In this document: one piece after another, positions 10,043 through 19,905 of the stretch | Numbering within the stretch: position 1 is the stretch's first letter | Layout of the letters: each line of letters begins with the position of its first letter | Source of the DNA: Promethearchaeota archaeon | GTDB taxonomy: Archaea; Asgardarchaeota; Lokiarchaeia; Sigyniarchaeales; SOKP01 | Direction: 5' to 3' | NCBI GenBank assembly: GCA_019057795.1 | Contig: JAHLWS010000070.1 | Location: 138,353 to 202,352 of the forward strand | Length of the DNA stretch: 64,000 nt | The notes under the pieces: generated by a model | Seen by the model: the letters and a program-made list of their open reading frames with translations, nothing else | Databases searched by the model: none | What the model was told of the DNA's origin: nothing | Program-made: the position numbers and the translations under genes

Positions 10043-10263
10043 ATATGAAGTAACCCCATAATTTAGAAAAATGTTTTGTTTATTTATAAGCATATGATTA
10101 GAAAGTATAAAAATATTAGGGACAGAGGGGAGTTTTGAATGCCTAATAACAACTGTACGGGATGTCGCTCCATCATTCTACAACTCAAACAATTTAAAAA
10201 TTAAAAAGGAGCAAAAAAAGGGTTTATTTGAAATAAGATAAAGTTATAATATCTTCTTTTAAA

Positions 10264-11208
10264 CTACATGAAAGTAGATTGTAGGATCTTACGAAATTTT
10301 TCTAATTCTATCTTGATTTCATTAATTTTACTTGTTGGAGTACTTATTCCTATATAAAATGTATTTTCTATATTACCAGAGATTATTGAATACCTTTTTA
10401 CATATTCCGTTCTATCCTCGGACAACGCTACTCTATCGTCTATTTTAACATCTTCATCTTTTAATCTCTGAAAAAATTCAAGATCTTCGTTAATTCTATT
10501 ACTAATTTTCTCTTCAAAAGCTCTTATATCCATAACATCCATGTAATGATCAGATATGATAAGTCCTGATGCGGTGTATAAAATTGCATAACTACAACTA
10601 AACTGATTAACAATTTTACTTAATCCTATATCAATTACATCTAAATTTAATAATTTATCCAAAGAATAAGAAATTGCTTTCGAAATTGACGAAATGTCGT
10701 AGTAAGATGTGTCAAAGAATTTAAATTTCATATCTTTATTTTGGGATAAAATTAAATTTTTAATCATTTCTGCTCGATCGAAAAAATCTTCACTATTTTT
10801 AAATTTTGGATCATATTTATTGAAACATATTATCACTTCGTTGGAATAATCTAAATCTCTATAAATATCTAACAAATCATGAAGATATTTTACAGATTCT
10901 TCGAATTTGATTTCATCCTGAATATCTATAAGATAATAAATATAATTTGTTTCAGTAAAATATATGGGATTACTTACGTATATTTTTCTGAATTTCTTCT
11001 GACCACCCATATCCCAAAGATTAATTCGATAGGTTTCTAGGAATTTAAAAGAACTATAATCTATTTTTATTGTAGGCTTTAGATTTTTCACCCGTTCGTA
11101 AAAGTTATATTTTTTTCTTAAAGCAATTAACGCACTACTTTTTCCGGCATTGTCTAAACCAGCGATAACTAATTTAAATTCATTTTTTTCGCGCTTATCT
11201 ATCGTCAT
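10264..11208 (-). CDS. Arf/Rag-like small GTPase with C-terminal roadblock-like domain
   Basis: GLDNAGKS (Arf-type G1), WDMGGQ, NKYD, DTS; C-terminal 'YAILYTASGLIISD' roadblock-like strands. Confidence 0.85.
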   Translation of the reverse strand: MTIDKREKNEFKLVIAGLDNAGKSSALIALRKKYNFYERVKNLKPTIKIDYSSFKFLETYRINLWDMGGQKKFRKIYVSNPIYFTETNYIYYLIDIQDEIKFEESVKYLHDLLDIYRDLDYSNEVIICFNKYDPKFKNSEDFFDRAEMIKNLILSQNKDMKFKFFDTSYYDISSISKAISYSLDKLLNLDVIDIGLSKIVNQFSCSYAILYTASGLIISDHYMDVMDIRAFEEKISNRINEDLEFFQRLKDEDVKIDDRVALSEDRTEYVKRYSIISGNIENTFYIGISTPTSKINEIKIELEKFRKILQSTFM

Positions 11209-11400
11209 ATTTACTAAATTTTTAATATTTTTTTATTAATTAACAATCTCTAAAATTAAATTATAAATCTTATTTTTTTTATTTATTTTTATGCTAATTG
11301 TAAAAAAACTCAAATTTGAAATTACAATTATATTTTCAATAAAATTTTTTAATAAACAAATCATTAAATAAATCTGATAAAAACTAACTAGTATATGATG

Positions 11401-12429
11401 TATATGGACGCTAAAGATATAGATTATTATTCTCTAGGTTTTGAATATATTGAAACTAAAACTATGTTTGTTTCAGATTACAACGACGGAAAATGGGACG
11501 AAGGAAAATTAGTCCCGTTCGGAAAATTTGAAATTTCACCTGCTGCTTGTGTATTGAATTATGGACAGGGAATATTTGAGGGTATGAAAGCGTTAAGAAC
11601 TAAAAATGGAGAAAAAGTCCTCTTTAGACCAAAGGAAAACGCGAAAAGATTTAACGAAAGTGCTAGTAGAATGTTAATGCCAAATTATGACGTAAGCAAA
11701 TTTGTTGATGCGGTTAAAGATGTGGTGAGAGCAAATGAAGAATATATACCACCTTATGATAGTGCTGGAGCACTTTACCTTCGTCCTTTAATGATTGGAA
11801 ATGGACCGATAGTTGGTGTAAAACCAGCAAAAAGTTATAAATTTATAATTTTTGCGATTCCGGTAGGACCGTATTTCCCAGAAGGATTTAGGGGTATTGA
11901 TTTAGAGATTACGAAGAAGTATACAAGAGCCGCTCCAGGTGGGACTGGTGCAACCAAAACATGTTGCAATTATGCCGGATCTATGTTAGCTGGAAAGGAA
12001 GCTAAAGAAAAGGGCTTTGCTCAAGTCATTTTTTTAGACGCAGTTCATATGGAATTTATTGAGGAGGTTGGAGCGGCAAATTTTTTTGCTGTGATTAACG
12101 GAACCCTTGCAACTCCAAAAACAACTGGAACAATTTTGCCCGGTATTACGCGTAAATCAATTTTAGAATTAGCTTCAAAGAAAATGGGAATAAAAATTGA
12201 AGAGCGAGATATTTCCTATAAAGAATTGTTTGAAAATTCTTGTTCTGAAGCTTTTTGTGCAGGAACTGCTGCAGTTATTACTCCGATTAAATCTATTGTC
12301 CTTGAGGATAAAAAAAGGATTTTTAGTGAAGGTGAACCTGGCGAAATTACAAGAAAGATTTATGAATTGCTGGTGGGTATTCAGCGTTTAGATATTGATG
12401 ATGAATTTGGTTGGGTTGTAAAGATTTGA
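11401..12429 (+). CDS. ilvE: Branched-chain amino acid aminotransferase (bacterial-type IlvE); exact start among ATGs 11395-11404 uncertain
   Basis: 'LNYGQGIFEGMKA', 'ALYLRP', 'GTGATKTCCNYA', 'ILPGITRKS', 'GTAAVITPI'. Confidence 0.93.
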   Translation, partial: YMDAKDIDYYSLGFEYIETKTMFVSDYNDGKWDEGKLVPFGKFEISPAACVLNYGQGIFEGMKALRTKNGEKVLFRPKENAKRFNESASRMLMPNYDVSKFVDAVKDVVRANEEYIPPYDSAGALYLRPLMIGNGPIVGVKPAKSYKFIIFAIPVGPYFPEGFRGIDLEITKKYTRAAPGGTGATKTCCNYAGSMLAGKEAKEKGFAQVIFLDAVHMEFIEEVGAANFFAVINGTLATPKTTGTILPGITRKSILELASKKMGIKIEERDISYKELFENSCSEAFCAGTAAVITPIKSIVLEDKKRIFSEGEPGEITRKIYELLVGIQRLDIDDEFGWVVKI

Positions 12430-12482
12430 AAAAAATAAAGTCTAGCAATAGAATTTAATTAAACTCTTTTTTTATGTGTTTT

Positions 12483-13673
12483 TTAATTAACCAATAACAT
12501 TAAAGAAAAAACTGCATACAGAATTCCAAAACAGATAAGTGTTGGTATAACTATATGTTTAAACGATTTTATATAATTAGTTTTAAAATAATTAATATTA
12601 TAGGCTAAACAAGGATGAAGTGGGGTAATTAAATATCCTAAGTAAATTGCAAAATAAAGAAAAACAAAATCGATTATGGGCATTGATAGGACTAAGTTTT
12701 GAATCAAATAAATCGGGATTAGAATTGAACTCGGTAATTGTACTCTACCAGTAGTAAATCCAAGGATAAACCCAATACTGATGAATAAAGCAAAGTGTAG
12801 ATTTAAAGCGCCAATCTGTTCAGGCACTCCAGATTCTAAGAAAATACTCAGAAACAAAAACATTGAGATGATTAGTAGAGGAAATCTCCATACTTTCATT
12901 TTTCGCGAAATTTCTTTTATATTAAATACATTCATTTTAGCAAACTTTAATGCGATGGAAATGCTTATGATTAAACCTATAAAAACAAACAATTCAGGAA
13001 AACTTATTGGGAAAAAGAGTCTTCCTAAGAAATCTATAATGGGAGCGATGATGAGGGGAATCAAATTATGGAAAACTAGTTTTAAGTTTCGGTTTGTTGA
13101 TTCTTTTGATTTATCTACTGGTTTAAGTAAAGTAAAATATCCTACAAAAACCATTAAAATAAATGGAATTAATAAAGCTAAAACAATTAAATAAAGTGAT
13201 ATCCCAGATAGGACACTTGCCACGAGAATAGCAGATGAGAGAGGATAAATTAAAAGTAAAACATGTCGATACCAGACATTAATTGCGACTTTTCGATTAG
13301 AATCTAAAGCCGGATCTATTTGGTCTACTATTGGTGCCGACATTAATGCCCCTCCTGCCACAGGTAATAAGCCAAATAATGCTGGACTGACCATTAAAGC
13401 AACTTTCTTAGAAACTTTCATATTTTGAATTAATTCAAGCATGAGTCCCGATTCTTCCATTATACCGCCTAAAATTGGTATTAACAAAACTGAAAGCGCT
13501 AATAAAACAATTGAAGGATTAATAATAACTTCAATCATGGAATTAATAATGTTTACTTGAGTTAAAAGTCCAAAAATGATTGCGCTAATGCCTAAAACAA
13601 CACTTAGCTCTTTCTTTGAGAAAATTAAGATCAAAGCAATAATAAGAAGAAAGCTTAATAACGGGGGAATCAC
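12483..13673 (-). CDS. DUF401-family multi-pass membrane protein (IT-superfamily-like transporter)
   Basis: 'PALFGLLPVAGGALMSAPIV', 'NVWYRH', 'GYLITPLHPCL'. Confidence 0.85.
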   Translation of the reverse strand: MIPPLLSFLLIIALILIFSKKELSVVLGISAIIFGLLTQVNIINSMIEVIINPSIVLLALSVLLIPILGGIMEESGLMLELIQNMKVSKKVALMVSPALFGLLPVAGGALMSAPIVDQIDPALDSNRKVAINVWYRHVLLLIYPLSSAILVASVLSGISLYLIVLALLIPFILMVFVGYFTLLKPVDKSKESTNRNLKLVFHNLIPLIIAPIIDFLGRLFFPISFPELFVFIGLIISISIALKFAKMNVFNIKEISRKMKVWRFPLLIISMFLFLSIFLESGVPEQIGALNLHFALFISIGFILGFTTGRVQLPSSILIPIYLIQNLVLSMPIIDFVFLYFAIYLGYLITPLHPCLAYNINYFKTNYIKSFKHIVIPTLICFGILYAVFSLMLLVN

Positions 13674-13773
13674 ATTAAAGAAAATATTTAATTCCTTAAA
13701 AATTACGCTATAGCATCTTTGTGGGAGAATAGAAGATCATTTAAAAATTTCGCAAAGTCATTAAAAAATAGAA

Positions 13774-14283
13774 TTAAAAGGATAGTTTTTCTATCAAAAT
13801 TTCGAAAGCTGTTTTGATGTTTTCCCCTGTCTTTGACGAGATCTTTACATAACTTATAATATTTTCATATTCTTTCTTAATTTCTGAGATAAATTCATCT
13901 ATAGAGAGGGATTCATAAGGATTAACCAAATCTTTTTTAGTTCCTATCAATAATATAGGAATATTTCCAAATTCTTTTAATGTAACTATCCATTCTTGAA
14001 CATTTTCAATTGTATTTATTCTCGTTAAATCAAAAAGAATAAAAGCTGCGAGAGAACCGTCAACAAAACCATTCAAAAATGTTTTGAATTGATCTTGTCC
14101 AGCAAAGTCCCACATTATAAAATTAAATTCAGTTCCATTAACAGCAATAATTTTTGAGTAAAAATCAACGCCTCTGGTTAATCTACGATTAGCTTCAAAA
14201 CTATCATGAACAAGCCGATTTAGAAATGAGGTTTTTCCTACTCCGCCATCACCGGAAACAATGATTTTTATCGTTTTCTTCAT
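13774..14283 (-). CDS. Rab-like small GTPase (minimal G domain)
   Basis: GDGGVGKT, TRGVDF, WDFAGQ, divergent G4 TKKD, ISSK. Confidence 0.9.
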   Translation of the reverse strand: MKKTIKIIVSGDGGVGKTSFLNRLVHDSFEANRRLTRGVDFYSKIIAVNGTEFNFIMWDFAGQDQFKTFLNGFVDGSLAAFILFDLTRINTIENVQEWIVTLKEFGNIPILLIGTKKDLVNPYESLSIDEFISEIKKEYENIISYVKISSKTGENIKTAFEILIEKLSF

Positions 14284-14428
14284 GATTATTAATATCTGTT
14301 TAGCTAAAGATTTAAAAACTTATATTTAAAATTAAATTTTGTAATATTAGAACATAAAAAAAAATTATTAGAGCATTTAATATGCTTTTACAAAAATGTC
14401 CAGGTAAACTAACGGTAAAACAAAAAAT

Positions 14429-14941
14429 ATGTCAGTTAAAATAATAATTATAGGTGATACACACTTAAATTCTTTTAAAAAATTGCCAAAAGAAATGGCC
14501 CAAGCTATAAAAGAAGGGGAGTGGATTATTCATGTAGGGGACTATACGTCAATAGATACGGTAGAAGGTTTAATAAGGTGGAAAGGCGATAAATTTAAAG
14601 GAGTGTTTGGTAATGCCGATCCTTTGAGTATTAGGAAGATATTACCAGATAAGATTATATTAGAGATAAAGGGTAAAAAAATAGGGATTACGCATCCATT
14701 CTGTGGAGGCCCTGAAACATTTATTAAGGCAAGGGTGAAAAGAGAGTTTAAGGACTATGATGTTGATGCAATTGTATTTGGGCATACTCATGAACCTGAA
14801 ATAATAGAGGTGAATAAAATTTTACTGATAAACCCCGGGAAAGGGTATTTAGAAAAAAATTCTTTTGGAACTACAACTTCTTTTGCAATTTTAACAGTAA
14901 CTGAAACGTTACAAGCAGAAATTATTAAAATTGCCCTTTAA
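14429..14941 (+). CDS. YfcE/MJ0936 (Vps29-like) metallophosphoesterase
   Basis: GDTH, HVGD, GNAD, GHTH, NPG motifs. Confidence 0.9.
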   Translation: MSVKIIIIGDTHLNSFKKLPKEMAQAIKEGEWIIHVGDYTSIDTVEGLIRWKGDKFKGVFGNADPLSIRKILPDKIILEIKGKKIGITHPFCGGPETFIKARVKREFKDYDVDAIVFGHTHEPEIIEVNKILLINPGKGYLEKNSFGTTTSFAILTVTETLQAEIIKIAL

Positions 14942-15250
14942 AATCATAATCAATAATTTTCAACAAATTTAGAAGATGTGTGTAAAGATATTAAGCAGCA
15001 TGGGGGATTCAAGAGGGTTTAATACTATTTTTACCATCCTATTGAGCACTCATAATTTCTACTCACATTTCGACACTCTTTGATACAAAATTCATCCTTG
15101 CTAAAATTCTTTTTAAGTTTAATTCAGAATAAAATACATAAAAAAAAATAGGGTTTAAAAATCAATTTTATAAAATAATGATTAGAATAGATAAATAATT
15201 TCAATTAAAATTAAATTTGAAATTGAATTGAACTTTAAAGGTAATGAAAA

Positions 15251-16090
15251 TTGGAAGGAAAAAAGAGAACCTATTTGTATGGCATTCTAATAGTTATTTT
15301 AGCTTTAATAATATCGTTTACTATGTTGTTTACTTTTTACTGGTCTGTTTTGGTTTGGACTCTTGCTGCTAACGAAGACTTTTTGTTAGGTTTGGTTGTT
15401 ATTATTAGCAGAATCTTGATATTAGGAATTATGTCGTTCTTTCTCTATCGCAAATGGTTAAAGCAAGAAGCAATATATACTTCAGATGCTTATTTTTTAT
15501 TCGGATCCTTTTTCGGTATACTATCATTTGGAAAAATCTACGACATCTTTTATAACCTAGCGTTTATGTCCATGGAGTTTGATGCGGAATTTATTTTACT
15601 TTTGTTAAAAATACGGTTTTTTATAATAGTTGTAAATGTAATGCCAATTTTATATATAGGATTAGAAGTAATCATTACATTTTTTAACATGTATAAGAAT
15701 AAAGAGATGAATAAGAAGCAATTTAACAAGTTAAGATTGAGGATCATTTTAATTTTTATCTTGATATTAGTATTAATCATAAGCTTGGCTCCAACACCTG
15801 ATTTTCTCAGCAAAATTCTTCCGTTCATCACACTGGTAATGTTTTTAGGAATTGCTATCATGTTCTTGTTTATGTACAAAAATGAACGTTTATCCCAAGC
15901 AAATGGTTTAATTATTGGAATCGCTTTTATTTGTTTTATCGCTTCTAATTTGCTTCGAGCAATTCTACTAAGCACAGAGCTCTACTACATTGTTTTCGTT
16001 GAATTAATTGACATTGGTGTTACTCTACTTATATTTATTGGATTTGTTACTAAACCTAAATATGCTAAAATAAAAAGCAAATCTAAATGA
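15251..16090 (+). CDS. Multi-pass (about 8 TM) membrane protein, unknown function
   Basis: Long ORF with repeated hydrophobic helices, TTG start after AAGGT. Confidence 0.75.
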   Translation: MEGKKRTYLYGILIVILALIISFTMLFTFYWSVLVWTLAANEDFLLGLVVIISRILILGIMSFFLYRKWLKQEAIYTSDAYFLFGSFFGILSFGKIYDIFYNLAFMSMEFDAEFILLLLKIRFFIIVVNVMPILYIGLEVIITFFNMYKNKEMNKKQFNKLRLRIILIFILILVLIISLAPTPDFLSKILPFITLVMFLGIAIMFLFMYKNERLSQANGLIIGIAFICFIASNLLRAILLSTELYYIVFVELIDIGVTLLIFIGFVTKPKYAKIKSKSK

Positions 16091-16217
16091 TTTGTATTTT
16101 TTAATATTCCTATTATTTTTTTTTCATGAGTTTTTACGATTAATTTCGAGCTTTAAAAACTTTAATTTAAATAAATTGTTAGAAATTATATAATTGAAAT
16201 ATTATTTAGTGGTTTTA

Positions 16218-16904
16218 ATGAAGATTTCTAAAAATTGGAAAAATTTTGCCTCATTATTTATAATATTTGGTCCGGTTCAATATGTAATATTTACCGCAGT
16301 AGCTATGATATATTACGCTGGAGGAACAATTGTAAATCCTCTTAGTTTAGGATATAATTTTTGGGGTAATTTTTTTAGTGATTTAGGTCGTGTTACGGCA
16401 CTTTCAGGGGCTTCGAATGTTATTTCCTTTACCATATTTACAATAACTGCGTTAATACTAAGTTTTTCCTTTATTCCTTTTGCTTTTGCTCTTCCGACAT
16501 TTTTTAAAAATGACAAAAATCAATATCTTATCGCCAGAATTGGTTCTTTAACTTGTTTAATTTCTATCTTCTTTTTAATTACTACTATTTTAACGCCATG
16601 GGATATTTTTTCTACAACCCATTTGATGTTTGCTAATTTGTTCAACATCACCGGAGCTATAGGAGTAATATTTTTTGCCGTTGCTGTTTTATACAACAAA
16701 AATTACCCAAATATTTACGCTTTCACATATGGAGTGCTGTTGATCATCGCTATTGTTTATACTGTAGTGTTGGTATTTTTACCAAAATCTATAACACCAG
16801 AGGGTTTAATAATACAAGCGTCCATGCAAAAGATTTCTCAATATTCGTTTCTATTTTGTTTCTTAATCCAAGGTTACGGTGCTTGGAAACTCCAAAAAAG
16901 CTAA
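16218..16904 (+). CDS. DUF998-like membrane protein
   Basis: 'YYAGGT...GYNFWGNFFSDLG' and a conserved His in the TM region; ATG at 16218 preferred. Confidence 0.7.
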   Translation: MKISKNWKNFASLFIIFGPVQYVIFTAVAMIYYAGGTIVNPLSLGYNFWGNFFSDLGRVTALSGASNVISFTIFTITALILSFSFIPFAFALPTFFKNDKNQYLIARIGSLTCLISIFFLITTILTPWDIFSTTHLMFANLFNITGAIGVIFFAVAVLYNKNYPNIYAFTYGVLLIIAIVYTVVLVFLPKSITPEGLIIQASMQKISQYSFLFCFLIQGYGAWKLQKS

Positions 16905-16953
16905 GTAAAAGCAGTAAATTCTATCTAAAACTTTATTTTTATTTTAAATAAGA

Positions 16954-18426
16954 TTAAAACTTATTGTTTGACTCTTGTACTAAAATGCTAAAATTTTTGA
17001 CCATTTCTTCCAAACTGGGAAAATCTGGAAGATTATTCTCGCCTAATACTTTTGAAACTCTACGAACTTCCTTGTCTTCACCAACTAACCAAAAGAATAT
17101 TGGTTTTGAAGAGTGTTTAACATTATCTATTATTTGATCTATATCGTTCATAGCCCTAAATTGTCTCGAACAGAACATCATATTAAAAATTCCTTCGACA
17201 TTGGGCTCACTTAATAATGTTTTATAAACATGGGTTGTTACAACATCAGGTCTTACTTTGTTCATCATAGCTTTTTCCATTGCAGGCCAAATATCTATAA
17301 AAGCAAACCTATTCGGAGGCATCCAATCAGGAAACACATCTACGAGTGCATCGTACGCTTTATTTCCTAAAATAGGATAATTTAAACCATATTTCATAGT
17401 TAGATCTGCCGTTATTGTACCAGCACCTCCCGAACCGGCTACGAATGAAACGTTACCTTTTTTTGGTAGAATTTTACCCGTCTCATAAATAATTGAAAAT
17501 GTCCGAGCAAATTGAAATAACTCGTAAAAGCTATTGGCGTAGATTACTCCTGATTGTTTGATGATTCCATTGATCAAACGCGAGTTTTCAGCTAAGGAAC
17601 CTGTATGACTAAGGGACGCCTTCTGACCTTGTGGAGTTGTCCCACCTCTTAATAAGATTATTGTCTTATTAGGCATAGATCTTACCTTCCTACAAAGTTC
17701 AATAAATTTTCTCGAATTTTTAAACGATTCTAGATATATTGCAATAACATTAACGGAATTATCTTTTATTAAGTACTCTAAGAATTCTATTTCGCTCAAA
17801 TCCATTTTGTTCCCAATAGAACACGCATATCTAAATCCTAGATTGGGATATTTTGTCATAACATGCATTAGATATCCGCCATTTAACATCCCCGATTGGC
17901 TAATTATTGCAATATTGCCCCTTTTAAAATTAGAGAAAACACCAAAACCAGAAAAAAAGCCTTCTTTTTCCTCACCATCGCTATCTCCATCAATAGTACT
18001 AAGACCCATGCAATTAGGTCCAACAATTCTTATTTTGGAAAAATTTTCGGTAATTTCGACGATTTTATTTTTTAATTCAATACCTTTTTCACCGACTTCT
18101 TCGAATCCAGATGCTTCAATAATCGCCCCTTTTACGCCTTTTTTAATGCAATCCTTTAAAATGTCAGGAATAAATCGATTTGGAATGTAAAAAATCGCAA
18201 TTTCGACATCATCTTCAACATCCAAGATGCTTTTTTTGAATTCTAAATTATATAGTTTACCTTCTGCATTAGGGTTAATAAGATGAACTTTTCCTTTAAA
18301 ATTGTTTGTTATAAGATTAGTAGCGATCCGAAATCCACCTTTAGTTAACTTTTTTGAGGCACCTATAACAGCTACAGATTTTGGATGTAAAAACACATCT
18401 ATTATGTCCGTATTTACCAATACCAT
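16954..18426 (-). CDS. Acyl-CoA synthetase (ADP-forming), alpha subunit / CoA-binding protein
   Basis: 'PKSVAVIGAS', 'RIVGPNCMG', 'ISQSG', 'SIGNKMD', phospho-His 'SHTGSLA', 'SGGAG'. Confidence 0.9.
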   Translation of the reverse strand: MVLVNTDIIDVFLHPKSVAVIGASKKLTKGGFRIATNLITNNFKGKVHLINPNAEGKLYNLEFKKSILDVEDDVEIAIFYIPNRFIPDILKDCIKKGVKGAIIEASGFEEVGEKGIELKNKIVEITENFSKIRIVGPNCMGLSTIDGDSDGEEKEGFFSGFGVFSNFKRGNIAIISQSGMLNGGYLMHVMTKYPNLGFRYACSIGNKMDLSEIEFLEYLIKDNSVNVIAIYLESFKNSRKFIELCRKVRSMPNKTIILLRGGTTPQGQKASLSHTGSLAENSRLINGIIKQSGVIYANSFYELFQFARTFSIIYETGKILPKKGNVSFVAGSGGAGTITADLTMKYGLNYPILGNKAYDALVDVFPDWMPPNRFAFIDIWPAMEKAMMNKVRPDVVTTHVYKTLLSEPNVEGIFNMMFCSRQFRAMNDIDQIIDNVKHSSKPIFFWLVGEDKEVRRVSKVLGENNLPDFPSLEEMVKNFSILVQESNNKF

Positions 18427-18632
18427 ACCACTCTTTTTTTTTGTTTAAGCTAGAATCTTATTAATTAACTCTGAGTAAACTTGTTGCTAAAGTAAAATCA
18501 ATTTTGTTAGAAAAGGTATAGGAAAAGTTAAACTATTCGAAATTAAACTATAATTTATTTATTAATTCGTATAAATAATAGAAAACTCTCATAGTCATCT
18601 GTTATATATTCAAGATAAAATATTCCAAAAGT

Positions 18633-18857
18633 ATGATGCAAAATATCGATTGGCAAAATTATAGACATCCCAAATTTCTACAATCGTTAAACTTAACATT
18701 AGACGAGCTTAAGCTTTTAAACTTATTTTTAAAGCAAAGAAAGCTTGATAAGGTTGATGAGATAGAAAATAGGGAAATTTCAAGGCTTCTTACCACTAGT
18801 AATAACCCAAATTCTTCAAAATATTACGCTAAAGAAAAAGTTGGTATAGATATATAA
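18633..18857 (+). CDS. Small hypothetical protein
   Basis: ATG ORF of 74 aa in an intergenic gap; no motif recognised. Confidence 0.5.
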   Translation: MMQNIDWQNYRHPKFLQSLNLTLDELKLLNLFLKQRKLDKVDEIENREISRLLTTSNNPNSSKYYAKEKVGIDI

Positions 18858-19010
18858 TAAAAACTCACGGTTCTTAATAATTAAATTATCCTATCTTTAA
18901 ATTGGGTATTGTTTTTATCTTATTAATTGTACGAGAAATAGAGAACATTTATATCTATGTTTATTTATTATGTTTTCAGTGTTTAAAATAATCCTTATAA
19001 ATTTAATAAA

Positions 19011-19262
19011 ATGACTGAAAGCAACGAAAAGATAAGGGAAAGGATTAATATCGCAGCTTACTATTTAACCCAAAAGAAACACCCTTACGACACGCTCTGT
19101 TGGATGCTTGCTGAAAGACAACTGTATTTTCAGCAAAATTTTCAGACACCTGAAAAAAATTTAATTAAAAAAAAGGCTGCTGAAATTTTTTTCTCAACCC
19201 CACCATACGATATTCTATGCTGGTTGATATCAGAATTTGATATAATCCTGAAGACTAAATGA
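19011..19262 (+). CDS. Small protein with tandem DUF2934-like helical repeat
   Basis: Internal duplication 'INIAAYYL..KKHPYDTLCWMLAE' / 'IKKKAAEI..STPPYDILCWLISE'. Confidence 0.7.
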   Translation: MTESNEKIRERINIAAYYLTQKKHPYDTLCWMLAERQLYFQQNFQTPEKNLIKKKAAEIFFSTPPYDILCWLISEFDIILKTK

Positions 19263-19414
19263 ACTAAGAAGACTTCTAAACCGTATTTTTTAATATAGGT
19301 TTCAAATTTAAAATTAATTTAAAAATAAATTTTTAGGGTAGATACCTAATATTCTTCTTTTTGCTCAAAATTAGTTAATAATAAGTTATAAAAAGTCAAT
19401 TTTCAATACAAGCA

Positions 19415-19471
19415 TTTAAATAGAAAAAGTAATAATTGTTTTTATAGTAAAAAGGATTTTTACAGTAAAAA
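19415..19471 (+). promoter_or_regulatory. TATA box (TTTAAATA, 19415-19422) followed by a tandem palindromic operator TTTTTAYAGTAAAAA (19439-19453, 19457-19471)
   Basis: Two near-identical 7-1-7 palindromes, 18 nt apart, directly upstream of an ArsR-family gene and over the expected transcription start. Confidence 0.55.
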
Positions 19472-19485
19472 TATTGTGATTTTTT

Positions 19486-19902
19486 ATGCCTGAAAAAAAA
19501 GAAAAAAAAAAGCCAATCTTTGAAAAGGTGGGTCTTGTGTTTCGAAATCCTATGAGAGTAGAAATACTTAGGGAGCTTTCCTTAAGTTCTCAACGACCTG
19601 TAGATTTAGCAAATAAATTGGAAGTTGAACGCCAAAACATTAATTATCACATAGGTGCGCTAAAGAGAGGAGGAATAATTAAGACACAGAAAATGGAAGT
19701 CTCAAAAGAGGAAGCGTCAAAAATGAAAGGTGCTATAGTTAATAAAGTGACTGAGAATGGAAAATTAAAAATCTCTTATGGGGTTGAACTTACAAAAAAC
19801 GGCAAAGAGATAGCTAACCAATTTATAGACCCTCTTTATGAAGAAGAAAATTTGGAAGAAGAGCATAAAAATGAACGCACAATAAAAAAAGGAGGAAAGT
19901 AA
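19486..19902 (+). CDS. ArsR-family winged-helix transcriptional regulator
   Basis: 'NPMRVEILREL...RPVDLANKL...QNINYHIGALKRGGII'. Confidence 0.88.
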   Translation: MPEKKEKKKPIFEKVGLVFRNPMRVEILRELSLSSQRPVDLANKLEVERQNINYHIGALKRGGIIKTQKMEVSKEEASKMKGAIVNKVTENGKLKISYGVELTKNGKEIANQFIDPLYEEENLEEEHKNERTIKKGGK

Positions 19903-19905
19903 ATT

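Noticed and set aside
10130-10186. Hairpin considered as a SECIS, pan-motif or fluoride riboswitch
   Set aside because: AUGA is present but there is no opposing GA quartet or apical AA, and no adjacent in-frame UGA gene; a separate TATA lies between it and panB; no match to the fluoride consensus beyond GAUGG
14429-14941. Calling the phosphoesterase a retromer Vps29 because it is divergent from a Rab-like gene
   Set aside because: It has the full metal-binding motif set of ordinary YfcE/MJ0936 enzymes; adjacency alone is insufficient
14945-15130. Short minus-strand reading frames in the spacer after the phosphoesterase
   Set aside because: All 30 codons or fewer, with no recognisable motif or start context
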